Positions 27,965 through 41,191 of a DNA stretch of 64,000 nt are shown here, piece after piece; the first letter of the stretch is position 1; every line of letters begins with the position of its first letter. Source of the DNA: Octopus vulgaris (Eukaryota). The notes beneath the pieces were generated by a model. The model saw only the letters and a list, made by a program, of their open reading frames with translations. It was not told where the DNA came from and searched no databases. The stretch covers positions 28,024,001 through 28,088,000 of the forward strand of contig OX597837.1 of NCBI GenBank assembly GCA_951406725.2, read 5' to 3'. A program made the translations under genes and the position numbers.

Positions 27965-28370
27965 TGTGTCTCTATGTGCTGTGTGTGTGTGTCTACGTGT
28001 TGCATGTGTGTGTGTTTACGTGCTGTGTGTGTGTGTGTGTCTCTACTTGCTGTGTGTGTGTGCGTCTACGTGCTGTGTGTGTGTGCGTGTCTACGTGCTG
28101 TGTGTGTGTGCGCGTGTCTACGTGTTGTATGTGTGTGTGTCTACGTGATGTGTGTCTGTGTATGTCTACGTGATGTGTATCTGTGTGTGTCTACGTGATG
28201 TGTATCTGTGTGTGTCTACGTGATGTGTATCTGTGTGTGTCTACGTGATGTGTGTCTGTGTATGTCTACGTGCTGTATGTGTGCGCGTGTCTACGTGCTG
28301 TATGAGTGCGTGTTTCTACGTGCTGTGTGTGTGTGCGTCTACATGATGTGTGTGTGTGTGTATAAACGTG
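27965..28370. repeat. Minisatellite (GT)n-CTACGTG(C/A/T)T
   Basis: Direct reading of ~20-24-bp units. Confidence 0.9.
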
Positions 28371-28875
28371 TGTATAAGTCTGTATTCATGCTTTGTATAC
28401 ATACATTCCTTTGTATTTATTTCTATGATTGTGTATGTATTTGTGTGTGTATATGTGTTCCTATGTTCCTTTATTGGCGGATGAGTCTATCAACGTATGT
28501 GCATGGATATACACACACACGTGTGCGTGCGGTGGTAGCTCTACCGTCCCAAATACGCCATTGTGGGGAGTCTCACTTGTGGAAATCGATTACTGTTTGG
28601 GAATAAAATATTTTCCAGATCTGAAGAGAAAAACCAATCTTTGAGACCCACAGCTCCAAGTTATATTGAAAATGTGCATTGGTCATGATTAACCCTCACA
28701 AATAGAGAGTTCATTCCAATATCCAGTCATAATACATCTACTATATGCATGAAGCTGTAACGTGTTCAAATCGCAGGGGCAATCTTTCGGTATTAGTAGA
28801 CGATGTCATTCACTCAAACAACGTTCCCTTTTTTTTGTTTCTTTTCTTTCTGTATACTTTAGAAAAAATATATAT

Positions 28876-29045
28876 AGGCGCAGGAGTCGCTGTGTGGTAA
28901 GTAGCTTGCTTACAAACCACATGGTTCCGGGTTCAGTCCCACTGCGTGGCACCGTGGGCAAGTGTCTTCTACTATAGCCTCCGGCCGACCAATGCCTTGT
29001 GAGTGGATTTGGTAGATGGAAACTGAAAGAAGCTCGTCGTATATA

Positions 29046-29106
<61 letters not shown>

Positions 29107-29318
29107 GCGTATGTGTGTTTGTCCCCACAACATCGCTTGACAACCGATGCTGGTGTGTTTACTTCCCCGTAACTTAGCGGTTCGGCAAAATAGACCGATA
29201 GTACAAGGCTTGCAAAGAATAAGTCCTGCGGTCGATTTGCTCGACTAAAGTAGGTGCTCCAGCATGGCCACAGTCAAATGACCGAAACAAGTAAAAGTAA
29301 AAGAGTAGGAGTAAGAGT
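28876..29318 (+). mobile_element. SINE family A, full length
   Basis: Head, internal (TA)n and tail present. Confidence 0.92.
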
Positions 29319-29922
29319 TATGACATAGACAAAGTGGCTAGGGCTAAAGACAATTGTACGAATGCTGAAAGATTGCCGTAAGCGCGTGTCAACAGGTCTG
29401 TATATATATGTTTATGTGCATCGTCGTGTGCGTGCGTGCGTGCGTATGTGCATGTATATGCGGTCTTTGTACGTGTGTATGTATGTGTGTGCATCGTGTG
29501 TGTGTGTGTGTGAAGGGAAAAAAATGTGAAGTGAATAGAAATAACTGTGACACTTTGACATTCGTAATATTTCAAGTGAGGGGGGGAAGGGGGCGGTGAG
29601 AGAATATCAGATAACCTGAGGTGGTGGGGGAGGGGGAGAAAGCAGACGAAAAAAGCTGTTGCGATTGGCCGTTTGTAGTAGTTTATAATGATGATGGTGG
29701 TGGCGGTGGTGACGACTGGTAGTTAAATAGGGGGGTGGGGGTGGAGATGTGGGAAAGAACAGGTGTTTAAAAATAACGGCCAAGTGACAAAACACAAACA
29801 TGCAATCACCATTTAGCATAGAATAAGATTACACGTACACACACAGAGAATAATGGATGATGAATGAGATATTGAAGAATTTAGAGGTAATGTGGGTGGT
29901 CATTAATAAAGCAGTGACGGCC

Positions 29923-29970
<48 letters not shown>

Positions 29971-30905
29971 CAGAAAGAGAGAGACAGAGAGAGAGAGAGA
30001 GTGTGAGACAAAGAGAGAGACAGAGAAGAGAGAGAGACAGAGTGTGAGACAAAGAGAGACAGTGAGAGAGAGAGAGAAAGAGAGAGAGACAGAAAGAGAG
30101 AGACAAAGAGAGAGACAGAAAGAGAGAGAGACAGAAAGAGAGAGAGACAGACAGAGAGAGAGACAGAGTGTGAGAGAGACAGAAAGAGAGAGTGACAGAA
30201 AGAGTGAGAGACAGAAAGAGAGTGAGACAGAGAGAGATAGACAGAAAGAGAGAGAGACAGAAAGAGAGAGAGACAGAAAGAGAGACAGAGAGTGAGACAG
30301 AAAGAGAGAGAGACAGACAGACAGAGAGAGAAAGAAAAGTTTGTTATGGTAGTGGTGTTTTTGGAGGTATGTTGGCGGCGGCGGCGGTGGCGGCGGCGGT
30401 GTTGCGTATAATGATAGTAAAGGTGGTGGTGGTGGTGTTGTCTATAGTGGTGGTGGTGGTGGTGGTGTTGTCTATAGTGGTGGTGGTGGGGTCATATGTA
30501 GTTGCGATGGCGGTGGTGGTGATGTCTTCCGCTGCTGCTGAAGATGATAAATGGCTTTGTTTTGAAACCTGTGACATTTAACAAGTCGCCAACTGTTTCT
30601 GCACGCGGTGTGGATTGCGCCCGTGCGTACGTGTGTATGTGTGTCCACGTCTGCTTGTACATGTGTGTGCATGTGGTGGTCTGTGTGTTGAGCCTCCGTC
30701 GGCCAATATCTAGAGTCCCGGACAACACGTGTCTGCGTATATGTGCGCATGTCTATGTAGAAAAAAAAGCGTGTGTATGTTTGAGTCTATGCACAACTGT
30801 ACACCTGTACGTTTATCCGCTTGTAAATGTATGTGTACATTGTGCATGTGATGGGTCTACTTGTATAATTATACATGTGAGTATGTATACTTGTGTGTGT
30901 GTGTG

Positions 30906-31555
30906 TGTGGTAAGTAGCTTGTCTACCAACCACATGGTTCCGGGTTCAGTCCCACTGCGTGGCATCTTGGGCAAGTGTCTTCGGCTATAGCCTCGGGCCG
31001 ACCAAAGCCTTGTGAGTGGATTTGGTAGACGGAAACTGAAAGAAGCCTGTCGTATATATGTATATATATATATATATGTATGTATGTGTGTGTTTGTGTG
31101 AGTGTGTTTGTCCCCCTAGCATTGCTTGACAACCGATGCTGGTGTGTTTATGTTCCCGTTACTTAGCGGTTCGGCAAAAGAGACAGATAGAATAAGTACT
31201 GGGCTTACAAAGAATAAGTCCCGGGGTCGAGTTGCTCGACTAAAGGCGGTGCTCCAGCATGGCCGCAGTCAAATGACTGAAACAAGTAAAAGAGTAAAGA
31301 GTATGTTGTATGCGAGTAAGAGTGTTTGAGTGTATGTGAGCTTTAAGGATTAAGCTGTTGGTACTGATGTATACAAAAATATATATACTACGTAGGAGTG
31401 GCTGTGTGGTTAGTAGCTTGGTTACGAACCACATTGTTCCGGGTTCAGTCCCACTGCATCGGCACCTTGGGCAAATGTCTTCTACTATAGCCTCGGGCCG
31501 ACCAATGCCTTGTGAGTGGATTTGGTAGACGGAAACTGAAAGGAGTTCGTCTTAT
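30906..31555 (+). mobile_element. SINE family A near-full copy (30906-31302) plus a 5' half (31392-31555)
   Basis: Sequence identity to family A. Confidence 0.9.
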
Positions 31556-31995
31556 ATATGTATAGGTATATGTGTGTATGTATGTGTATACGTTTACAGG
31601 CGGAGAGACTTACAAGCAGAGAAAGGGAGAGACTGACAGGTGGAGAGAGGGAGAGACTGGCAGGCGGAGAGACTGACAGGAGGAGAGAGAGGGAGAGATT
31701 GGCTGGCGGAGAAAGAGAGACTGACAGGCGGAGAAAGGGAGAGACTGACAGGCGGAGAAAGGGAGTAACTGGCAGGCGGAGAGAGGGAGAGACGGACAGA
31801 GGGTGAGGAAGACTGACAGTAGCGAAGATAGACGACAAAGGGAAAAGAGATTGGGGGTAGTAGAAGGGGAGAGAGAGATTATTGTTAAGCGTTAATGACC
31901 AGTAAGATATGCCTTGTACAGAATCTCATTAATTCGTGAAAGGGAAAGAGCGTGTATATTTTTTTTCTTTTATTTATTTATTAATTTATTTTTTT

Positions 31996-32197
31996 CTTTT
32001 ACTTGTTTCAGTCATTTGACTGCGGCCATGCTGGAGCACCGCCTTTAGTCGAGCAACTCGACCCCGGGACTTATTCTTTTTGTAAGCCCAGTACTTATTC
32101 TATCGGTCTCTTTTTGCCGAACCGCTAAGTGACGGGGACGTAAACACACCAGCATCGGTTGTCAAGCAATGCTAGGAGAACAAACACAGACACACAA

Positions 32198-32257
<60 letters not shown>

Positions 32258-32418
32258 GACGGGCTTCTTTCAGTTTCCGTCTACCAAATCCACTCACAAG
32301 GCATTGGTCTGCCCGAGGCTATAGCAGAAGACACTTGCCCAAGGTGCCGATGCAGTGGGACTGAACCCGGAACCATGTGGTTGGTAAACAAGCTACTTAC
32401 CACACAGCCACTCCTGCG

Positions 32419-32421
<3 letters not shown>
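31996..32421 (-). mobile_element. SINE family A, full length
   Basis: Sequence identity to family A. Confidence 0.92.
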
Positions 32422-32493
<72 letters not shown>

Positions 32494-33053
32494 CTATAGG
32501 TAGCTACTGTTCCAGTCTCCCCTCCACCACTACCCCAGCATGATTATATACAGGTGTGTATGTGTGTGTATATATATGTTTCACATTAATTACGAGAACA
32601 ATGTCTAACATCAGAATAGCTTTCACAGAGAGTCTATTACAATTTGTTATGTTTACAAGTGGAATAACAGTTTTCGGTGAGAAATAGTTGTTGCCGCGGA
32701 ATTAATCAATAGATTTACATGCGTGATGAAGACACCTGGCCTTTCGTTAGGTGATTACTTGCAGGTGGGACTTCTGAAATTTGATCACGTTAAGTTCACC
32801 GAATGTAATAAATATTGTGCTAAATATATCGCCGCTCAATCATTTTACCGTCGGCTAAGTACGTCAAAGTTAATTAAAATATGGTCCCAATCATTTCGCA
32901 GTATGTTAATTAAAATGACAGCCGAATACATATCATCGGAAAATTCATCGTGACGCACAGAAAATATTAAAGTTTTTCTTTTTATTGCTAGGAAATAATA
33001 CATTCATTATGCAATTCTTGGTGAGAAAGTTAATATTTACGGGTATTTTTCTT

Positions 33054-33692
33054 ATTTCTTTATTGCCCACAAGGGGCTAAACACAGGGGGGACAAACAAG
33101 GACAGACAGAGGGATTAAGTCGATTGCATCGACCCCAGTGCGTAACTGCTACTATAATTTATCGACCCCGGAAGGATGAAAGGCAAAGTCGACCTCGGCG
33201 GAATTTGAACTCAGAACGTAGCGGCGGACGAAATACCACAAAGCATTTCGCCCGGCGTGCTAACGTTTCTGCCAGCTCGCCGCCTTCCAGCAGACAAAAT
33301 ACCTATTTCTTTACAAGCCACAAGAGGCTAAACACAGAGAGGACAAACAAGGACAGACAAACGGATTAAGTCGATTATATCGACCCCACGACCCCGGAAG
33401 GATGAAAGGCAAAGTTGACCTCGGTGGAATTTGAATTTAGAACGTGACGGCAGACGAAATACCTATTTCTTTACTACCCACACAGGGGCTAAACACAGGG
33501 AGGACAAACAAGGACAGACAAACGGATTAAGTCGATTACATCACCCCAGTGCGTAACTGGTACTTATTTAATCAACCCCGGAAGGATGAAAGGCAAAGTC
33601 GACCTCGGCGGAATTTGAACTCAGAACGTAGCGGCGGACGAAATACCACAAAGCATTTCGCCCGGCGTGCTAACGTTTCTGCCAGCTCGCCT
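33054..33692 (-). mobile_element. SINE family B, tandem multimer
   Basis: Three or more units; junctions aaatacc|tatttcttt at 33303/33304 and 33463/33464. Confidence 0.88.
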
Positions 33693-33874
33693 ACAGGTAT
33701 TCTTCTTGGTATAGTTGTAGTAAAGTCAAATCAACATCATTTATTTGGACCTTTAAAAAACATTGAGAAAGCCGAAACGCTTCACAATCATTCACCAGCG
33801 AAAGGGGGGCAAACTAGGAGGAAAAGAAACAACAAAAACTTGGTTGTGTATTTATGTTTTGTGTATAAAAGTCG

Positions 33875-34284
33875 AATCTTTTCGGTTTGAACGGCAGTTT
33901 TTTCTAGCGGTGTCATATGAAATTGTCAACCATAATTATGACCCTAGTATCGATCTATTGCATTTCAATCTATTTTAGGGTTGGTTGGGGGGGGGGGTAT
34001 CTTTTTTTCTTTACAAATGTAAATAAACCCAATCTGTTTCTTAAACGAGGGATATATTCATACGGCACAGAATGTGTTTTACCTCAATGGACATCATTGA
34101 TTGGTTGAAATTGCATAAAATGAAGAAAAAACAAACAACAAATATCCTACAAACTATGGAATTTTCTCAAAGCCAAGAGAAAAAGATGTTTTATAAACAC
34201 ATTCTACCAGTATACGAAGTTTAAAATTTTTTTAGTTACGTGGAAATTATTTTAAAAATCTGCCGTTCAAACCAAAAAGATCCT
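33875..34284. mobile_element. MITE with ~25-bp TIRs
   Basis: aatcttttcggtttgaacggcagtt ... atctgccgttcaaaccaaaaagatcc; the right half is repeated at about 40300-40502. Confidence 0.82.
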
Positions 34285-35156
34285 AAATGTCTTACCAAAA
34301 CTGAAATGAACCTCTCCCCCTCTTCGCCCAAGGTTTAAATCTGACCCTGATCTTTCTGCCCATTGCAGTGTAGAGACAAAAGGTCAAAATGCCACCATTC
34401 CTGAAGCCGTTATCTTCAAAGTTCCATCTGCATACCATTATTCGGCTTTGAACAACAACAACAAGGTTTCTTTAAACAGAAAATAAAATAATTCTGCCTG
34501 GTGAACCATCACTACCGTTTCGAAGAAAAGGGCCAACTTTGTGTTCTATATTCAGGTGGTATACAAAACAAGGATAAAACTTCTATAATTGGGGAAGAAC
34601 ACGTGTTGTCAAATTTGGAGGGGTTTAGGATGTTTCTTTTCATTAAAAGTTGGTGTTGAGGGCAGCTAACTCACGGACGGTTAGGAACAATCCAGCAAAC
34701 TTGGTTCACGATTCAACGAAGTGTTTTGCGACTTATGTGTTCCTGCTCAGTTAAATTTTCAGTTTAGCTGTTTCAATACAAGGAATATTATATGATTTTA
34801 TGCTTCTACTCGTTTGGAAATGGAATTTTCGTGTGTGAATTATTGCAACACAATATGTATATTTATAATCTTTTCTATTACGGGAAGAAGGCCTGAAACA
34901 GTGTACGTGTGTGTCTTTGAGACTGTGTTTGTTCCTCCACCCCACCACCACCACCGCTTGCCAACCGGTCTTGGTGTGTTTACGTCCCCGTGACCTAGCG
35001 GTACGGGTAAAGAGACTGATGGAATAAGTACATTTTTTTTTAACGTACTGGGTTCAGTTCATTCGATTACAAATTCAAAGCGGTGCCCCAGTATGGCTGC
35101 AATCTGAGGACTGAAACAAGTTGAAGAATAAAAGAAGCAAAATATACACAGCATGG

Positions 35157-35220
<64 letters not shown>

Positions 35221-35687
35221 TGCCTACATATATATGTATATATACATGCATATATGGGTACACGACAAAAAGAAACACACAATGAGAAACGAAACATAAA
35301 AAAAACATAGAAACGAACTTTTTTAAACAACGGAAAGAAACAGAGAAACAAGACACAACACAAGGATTAATTCCACTTCTTCAGTTGTCCCTGTTTCATC
35401 CACTCCGCGTTTGGAAGGTAAGGACAAGACGCGACTTGTTGAAACAATCCTTCCCGCAAAGCAAATTAAATAAAATTTGGGATTTTTTGCGGAGGGTGAA
35501 AGTGGTAACAAGAACAGGACAGTAAGAACAAAACAGTAAAAACAAGCAATGAGATCTGTTAAGCCAAGACGATGGAAAAATTATTCTGAACGCTTAAGGA
35601 GACAGCTTATGAAAGAGACAGGATAAGCTGGTCTGGTCTTTGTGAAGATAGCAGTCGGAAAGATGGCATATATATATAGATAAAATA

Positions 35688-35921
35688 TATTGATATGACA
35701 CAATTCATTAATATTAAGATTGATATGACACAATTCATTAATCTTAAGATTGATATGACACAATTCATTAATCTTAAGATTGATATGACACAATTCATTA
35801 ATCTTAAGATTGATATGACACAATTCATTAATCTTAAGATTGATATGACACAATTCCTTAATCTTAAGATTGATATGACAATTCATTAATCTTAAGATTG
35901 ATATGACACAATTCATTAATC
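35688..35921. repeat. 30-bp minisatellite, ~7.5 copies
   Basis: Unit gattgatatgacacaattcattaatcttaa. Confidence 0.95.
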
Positions 35922-36499
35922 TATTTCATTAATGTATTAAGACGTTGGATGTCTCACTCATCGTGTCTTCCATCGACAATGTACAGTACAGTTTTTTGCT
36001 CTGTTGTGAACGGCGAACTACGGAGTGAAATGATAAGATGTTTATTGATCAGGAAATGTTTTACGATGCAGCACCGTTAATAATAAATGTATAAACTGTT
36101 AGAAGCAACTGTAAACAGTTGATTTAGGTCATGTCATTTGATGCAGGCGCACTTACAGCTAGATTGGTGTCTAGAAAACAACTAGCAAACAACGAACTCA
36201 CTACCACCACCTCATCAACATTTCCAGCTGTTCTGTCAGCTATAGGTTATCGTGACACATTGCGAGATGCCTTCGCATTCTACGTGAAGTGCTGTGTGAT
36301 ATCATGACATACCTTGACGTGTCGTAACAAGCCGTGGCACTGCATCGGCGAAACGGAGGTATTTCGTTTTACATATCTAAAATGTAGGAAGAGTGGCTGT
36401 GTGGTAAGTAGCTTGCTTACCAACCACATGGTTCCGGGTTCAGTCCCACTGCGTGGCACTTTGGGCAAATGTCTACTATAGCCTCGGTAGACCAATAAG

Positions 36500-36706
36500 G
36501 CCGATTTCCCGCTTTCCGTGGTGTATATATTTCCCTCAGAACAGGATGCCAGCCGGCCGCAGGATTACTCATTGGCCCCTGAGTGGACTGGAGCAACGTG
36601 AAAGGAAGTGTTTTGCTCAAGAACTCATATCACCCAGTCCATGAATCGAAACCACAATCTCATTATTATGAGTCCAGCACCATTAACCACTAAGCCACGC
36701 GCCTCC
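36500..36706 (-). mobile_element. CORE-like SINE (family D relative), directly downstream of the U6 copy
   Basis: Head GGAGGCGCGTGGCTTAGTGG...GGTTTCGATTC, then ttcttgagcaaaacactt...ttgctccagtccactcag. A family A 5' fragment sits at 36385-36496 (+). Confidence 0.8.
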
Positions 36707-36707
36707 G

Positions 36708-36811
36708 AAAAATATGGAACAATTCACAAATTTGTGTGTCATCCTTGTGCAGGGGTCATGTTAATCTCTGTAACGTTCCACTTTTAGTATATGTACAGTC
36801 GAAGCGATTGT
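36708..36811 (-). pseudogene. U6: U6 snRNA pseudogene (near full length)
   Basis: Minus strand tcgcttcgactgtacatatactaaaagtggaacgttacagagattaacatgacccctgcacaaggatgacacacaaatttgtgaattgttccatattttt aligns with U6. ACAGAGA box is kept, but the AGC triad reads AAC and there is a small deletion. Confidence 0.9.
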
Positions 36812-37124
36812 AGACATTACTGAAATTTTGTATTAGGATTTTTGCTATTTTGAACTTCTGTGCATGGCCTGAACTTTATATCTAGTTATTTGCACTTTAC
36901 AGTTTACATTTGATATTTGGGATTATACGCAGCAATCTTCGTATCTGGCGCTTGGTATTCTGTTGTAGTGATTTGGGACGGATTGTCTTCTTTTTGCAAA
37001 TCTGCTATACGCGAGTTAATTCAGCACTTAGGGGGATGGTATGTGCTGCATTAGACACACATACCGCTCTCTCTCTCTCTCTCTCTCTTACTCTTTCTTT
37101 CTCTCTTTCTCTCTCATATATATA

Positions 37125-37340
37125 GATACAGTAAATCCCAAAAGTGAAGAACAAACACACAAAAAAAAAACACAACACGAAGACGTGGTACATGTAAAGT
37201 ATTAGCAGATGCTTAGGGAAGGAAAGAAAGGTGGTTTAACGTTTCGAACAAAATTCTTCTTCAGAAACAGAGGAAGTCCAGTACAAAAGGAAAACGGAGG
37301 AAGAAAATCGCTAACGAGTCACATGTGGTTACATTTTGAA
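37125..37340 (-). mobile_element. ~200-bp hammerhead-bearing element, diverged (same family as 43378-43600)
   Basis: gttt-CTGAAGA-agaattttgttc-GAAAC-GTT-aaac at 37234-37269 (-); flanked by microsatellites. Confidence 0.65.
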
Positions 37341-37790
37341 ATATATATATACTCGGAAGTGTTGGGCTTCCAGCCGGGCTTTTCGTGACATTCTTAAAGC
37401 CGGGAACTGTTCGTCACACCCTCGTGCGTGTATGTGTGTGAGTATATATATATGTACGTGTGTATATATATGTGTGTGAGTATATATGTGTGTGTGTATT
37501 TCTATTTGTGTATATGTATATATGTGTATATATGTATGTGTGTGTATTTATATTTGTGTATATGTATATATGTGCATGCGTATATATAGGTGTATATATA
37601 TATATGTATGTGTATTTATATCTGTATATATATATATATGCATGCGTATATATAGGTATATATGTGTGTGTGTATGTATGTGTGTGTGTATATATATATA
37701 TATGTATTTATATTTGTGTGTGTGTATATATATATATATATGTATTTATATTTGTGTGTGTATATATATATATATATATTTTTTTATATT

Positions 37791-37841
<51 letters not shown>

Positions 37842-38319
37842 TTATGTGTATGTGTGTGTATATATATGTTATATTTGTGTGTATATAAAGATACAAAAGA
37901 ATTTCATGTAAATGTTTTACAGTAAAAAATTTACCGTGTTTTCACTAGGTGTGTGTGTATGTATATATATATATATATATATATATTAAGGTATGTAGAA
38001 AAATACAACATGGACAAGAACGTATAACTCTTAGAAGACGACACAATAAACACGGACAGGACATTCGAAACCCTCAGTCTTCAGTCAAGAACCGGATCAT
38101 CGTAGTAATTTCGGCTGATATATATATATATATATAAAACGAATCAATTTTCATCGTCGTCCCAGGCAAGCGAGTACGTGGTATCAAAATCAACACAAGC
38201 AATTCTAAGGCAGCAAGAATTTTCGCACTGTAGTGCGTGCGTTGAAATGTGCAGCTAATACCAAAATCTGCAGCGTGCACACTGTTTATCGTATTTTGTG
38301 ACATTGCAGTTAGGCATCG

Positions 38320-38374
<55 letters not shown>

Positions 38375-39121
38375 TTTGGTACTGCTTATTGTTTCGTAAT
38401 AAACGCTTCTTCCTTTCCCACCCACTACTACTTCACATGCCTCGGTGCAGTTCATTTTCCCTTCTGCCCCACACCCCAACACCGCTGCGGCTGCTGCTGT
38501 TGCTGCTGCAAGCAACCCATCCTGCAAGCAGCGATTTCTAAGAGTAGAAAAGACGTTGTCAGTTTTTCTACATCTCACCTCCATCACCTTCCCTGCTACT
38601 GACATGCCTCGTTTACTTCACCTTATCCTCCTCTTCATCCTCCTCTCCCAAATATATTTTTATGCCACCAGCGACCTTCCCTGTTAGTAGAAATTTTATA
38701 CCAGTTCCACGCACGCATGCACACACACACACATACATACATATACACACATTCATTCATTCTTAAAGATAACACTAAAATCGACCTTAAGTACAGCCGT
38801 TCTTGGAGTCGTAGGCGCTATATTAACATCACGCATCAAAGACAATGCGTTTGTAATCCAAGAGTAAGAAGGTACCAGAAAAACACCTTAGAAACAAGAG
38901 ACAGTTAAGGCCCCGGTGCCCCAAGATGCAACCCGTAAATGTCGATAACCTATTTCTGTGGAAGACATCCCACCTGTTCAGCAGCCACTCAAAAAATGTC
39001 ATCAATGCACTATCCCCACTGAGACACCACATATTCGCCAAAACAGGATGTATTCCACTGAAATTAGGTAAATAATCCTTCGAACAGACAGTCGGCAGCG
39101 ACGCCTGCTGGGTTCAGCTAC

Positions 39122-39164
39122 TCTGCATTGATAAAGGGCAAATACCCTGAAACGTGTCTGCAGA
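39122..39164 (+). ncRNA. Type I hammerhead ribozyme, U3:A8 variant, at the tip of a long rod
   Basis: tctgca-TTGATAA-AGGG-caaata-CCCT-GAAAC-gt-GTC-tgcaga; predicted cleavage after 39158; stem I extends to 39077/39209. Confidence 0.78.
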
Positions 39165-39477
39165 TGCCTGACCAGCAAGGGGAAGCGGCTGACCTCCCCT
39201 GTTCGAAGGTTATAATGGACACAGGTTCGTGTGTCATATAGCTAGCTAGAGGCGATGGCCTCTTGGAGCTAATCAACGGCAGCTTTCGTCCTATATTTAT
39301 GGACTGCCATATTAGCTTGGCGATAACTGTTAATATATAATACCATTCGGTAAAAAGATGGGATAAATATCGAAACCCTGCCCTTTTATTGAATACATAA
39401 GTAAAGGCCACGACAAGGGGTTTCGGAAAAACATTCCCATTAAAACTTTTACCAAACATAAACAGAGCCCATAAATG

Positions 39478-39897
39478 GGCGCAGGAGTGGCTGTGTGGTA
39501 AGTAGCTTGTTTACCAACCACATGGTTCCGGGTTCAGTCCCACTGCGTGGCACCTTGGGCAAGTGTCTTCTACTATAGCCTCGGACCGACCAAAGCCTTG
39601 TGAGTGGATTTGGTACACGGAAACTGAAAGAAGCCCGTCGTATATATGTATATATATATATGCGTGTGTATGTTTGTGTGTCTGTGTTTGTCCCCCTAGC
39701 ATTGCTTGACAACCGATGCTGGTGTGCTTACATCCCCGTCACTTAGCGGTTCGGCAAAAGAGACCGATAGAATAAGTACTGGGCTTACAAAGAATAAGTC
39801 CCGGGGTCGATTTGCTTGACTAAAGGCGGTGCTCCAGCATGGCCGCAGTCAAATGACTGAAACAAGTAAATAAAGATAAATAAAGATAAAGATAAAG
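39478..39897 (+). mobile_element. SINE family A, full length
   Basis: Sequence identity to family A. Confidence 0.92.
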
Positions 39898-41191
39898 AGC
39901 AGATTGAATATCATTGTTTGGGAAGGACAAGAACAAATGTGTATTGACATAGAACTCAGCTGTCCTGACGATGTGAATACCTCTTTGAAAATCAAACAGA
40001 AAGAAGATAACTTAGGACAACTGCTTCGAAATTTCAATCTTCCACATCCGGATTACCAACTTACATTGCGACCAACAATAACTGAAGCACTTGGTTTTGT
40101 AAGTAAATGCCGAATTGGCAATCTGGATAAGCTGAGGTTTTCAGGGGGAAAAAAAAACCAACCAACTAATTCGCACATTGCAAATACAATCAGTAAGCAG
40201 AACAGTGAAAATATGCAAGACTTTTCAGAATTTTATATTGTTTCCATTATCAACATTCCAACGATGGAACTTTGTACCTGTGTTAGAAACCAGCTGTTTT
40301 CTTTCTGGACGTCAGTGATTGGTTGAAATTGCAGAAATTGAAGGGAAAAAAAACAACAAATATCTTACAAACTATAGAATTTTCTCAATAAAGCCAAAAG
40401 AAAAAGATGTTTTATAAACACATTCTACCAGTATACGAAGTTTAAAATTTTTTAGTTACCTAGAAATTATGTTAAAAACTGCCGTTCAAACCGAAAAGAT
40501 CCGACCACTGTTGTTTTTAAAGCGATCTGGATAGAAATGCACGAGTGTGAACACACGATGGAAGTGATCGCAGTAATTCACAAAATGAAAATAATTCAGT
40601 GTTAAAAACAAAATAAGTGTATTCAGTTTTATCATCTTACAGTTTAGTCGATTGCCTGCTGGGTTGAGTGTTGAGTTTAGAATGTTTAAAATCTTTCAAA
40701 GATTTACATTTAGAGCATCTGGTAATTAGGCAGGAGAAAAAATATTCATAGTTTTCCGTAATGCAAAGATTACGCGGTCTTTTATTCTCAGATTATAATT
40801 TTGTATTAGACACACTGTTCTATTTCCATTAATTTTATATGTGCGTGCTTAGTTTTTGAAGCCAAGATATAAGTTGAAAGCAAAGAAGCATTTTAGTATT
40901 TAGGAGTTTCGAAAAGAGCTTGTATGTGCAGTGTAAACGGCACATTAGGTCAATAATTTGTTGTACACTGATGTACAATATCTGTGATGAGACAATTAGG
41001 TCCTAGATCAAGAGTTACATTCAATGAATTTATAATTATTGAGACCAGTTGTGTGTGTGTGTGGTGGTGCATAATACTACCTTGAAAATATACAACCGCA
41101 TCAAATATACCCAAGTCTCTGTAGAATGAAAACCTGATGAACGGCCCTAATCGATTTCCGATACTTACTGGGGTCTTATCAGAGATGCCTG

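Larger units (their letters stand above)
38790..40145 (+). pseudogene. Decayed R4/Dong-like (RLE) non-LTR retrotransposon C-terminus, interrupted by two inserts
   Basis: LTSRIKDNAFVIQE; zinc-knuckle remnant KCR..VEDI.HL..S..KMSS.HY.PLRH...AKT; NIPIKT; RLE domain NIIVW....CIDIELSCPDDVN..K...K..N...L.......P.....ALG.V. Inserts at about 39047-39332 and 39478-39897. Confidence 0.75.

Noticed and set aside
36708-36811. Functional U6 gene
   Set aside because: AGC triad mutated, small deletion after ACAGAGA, and multiple substitutions.
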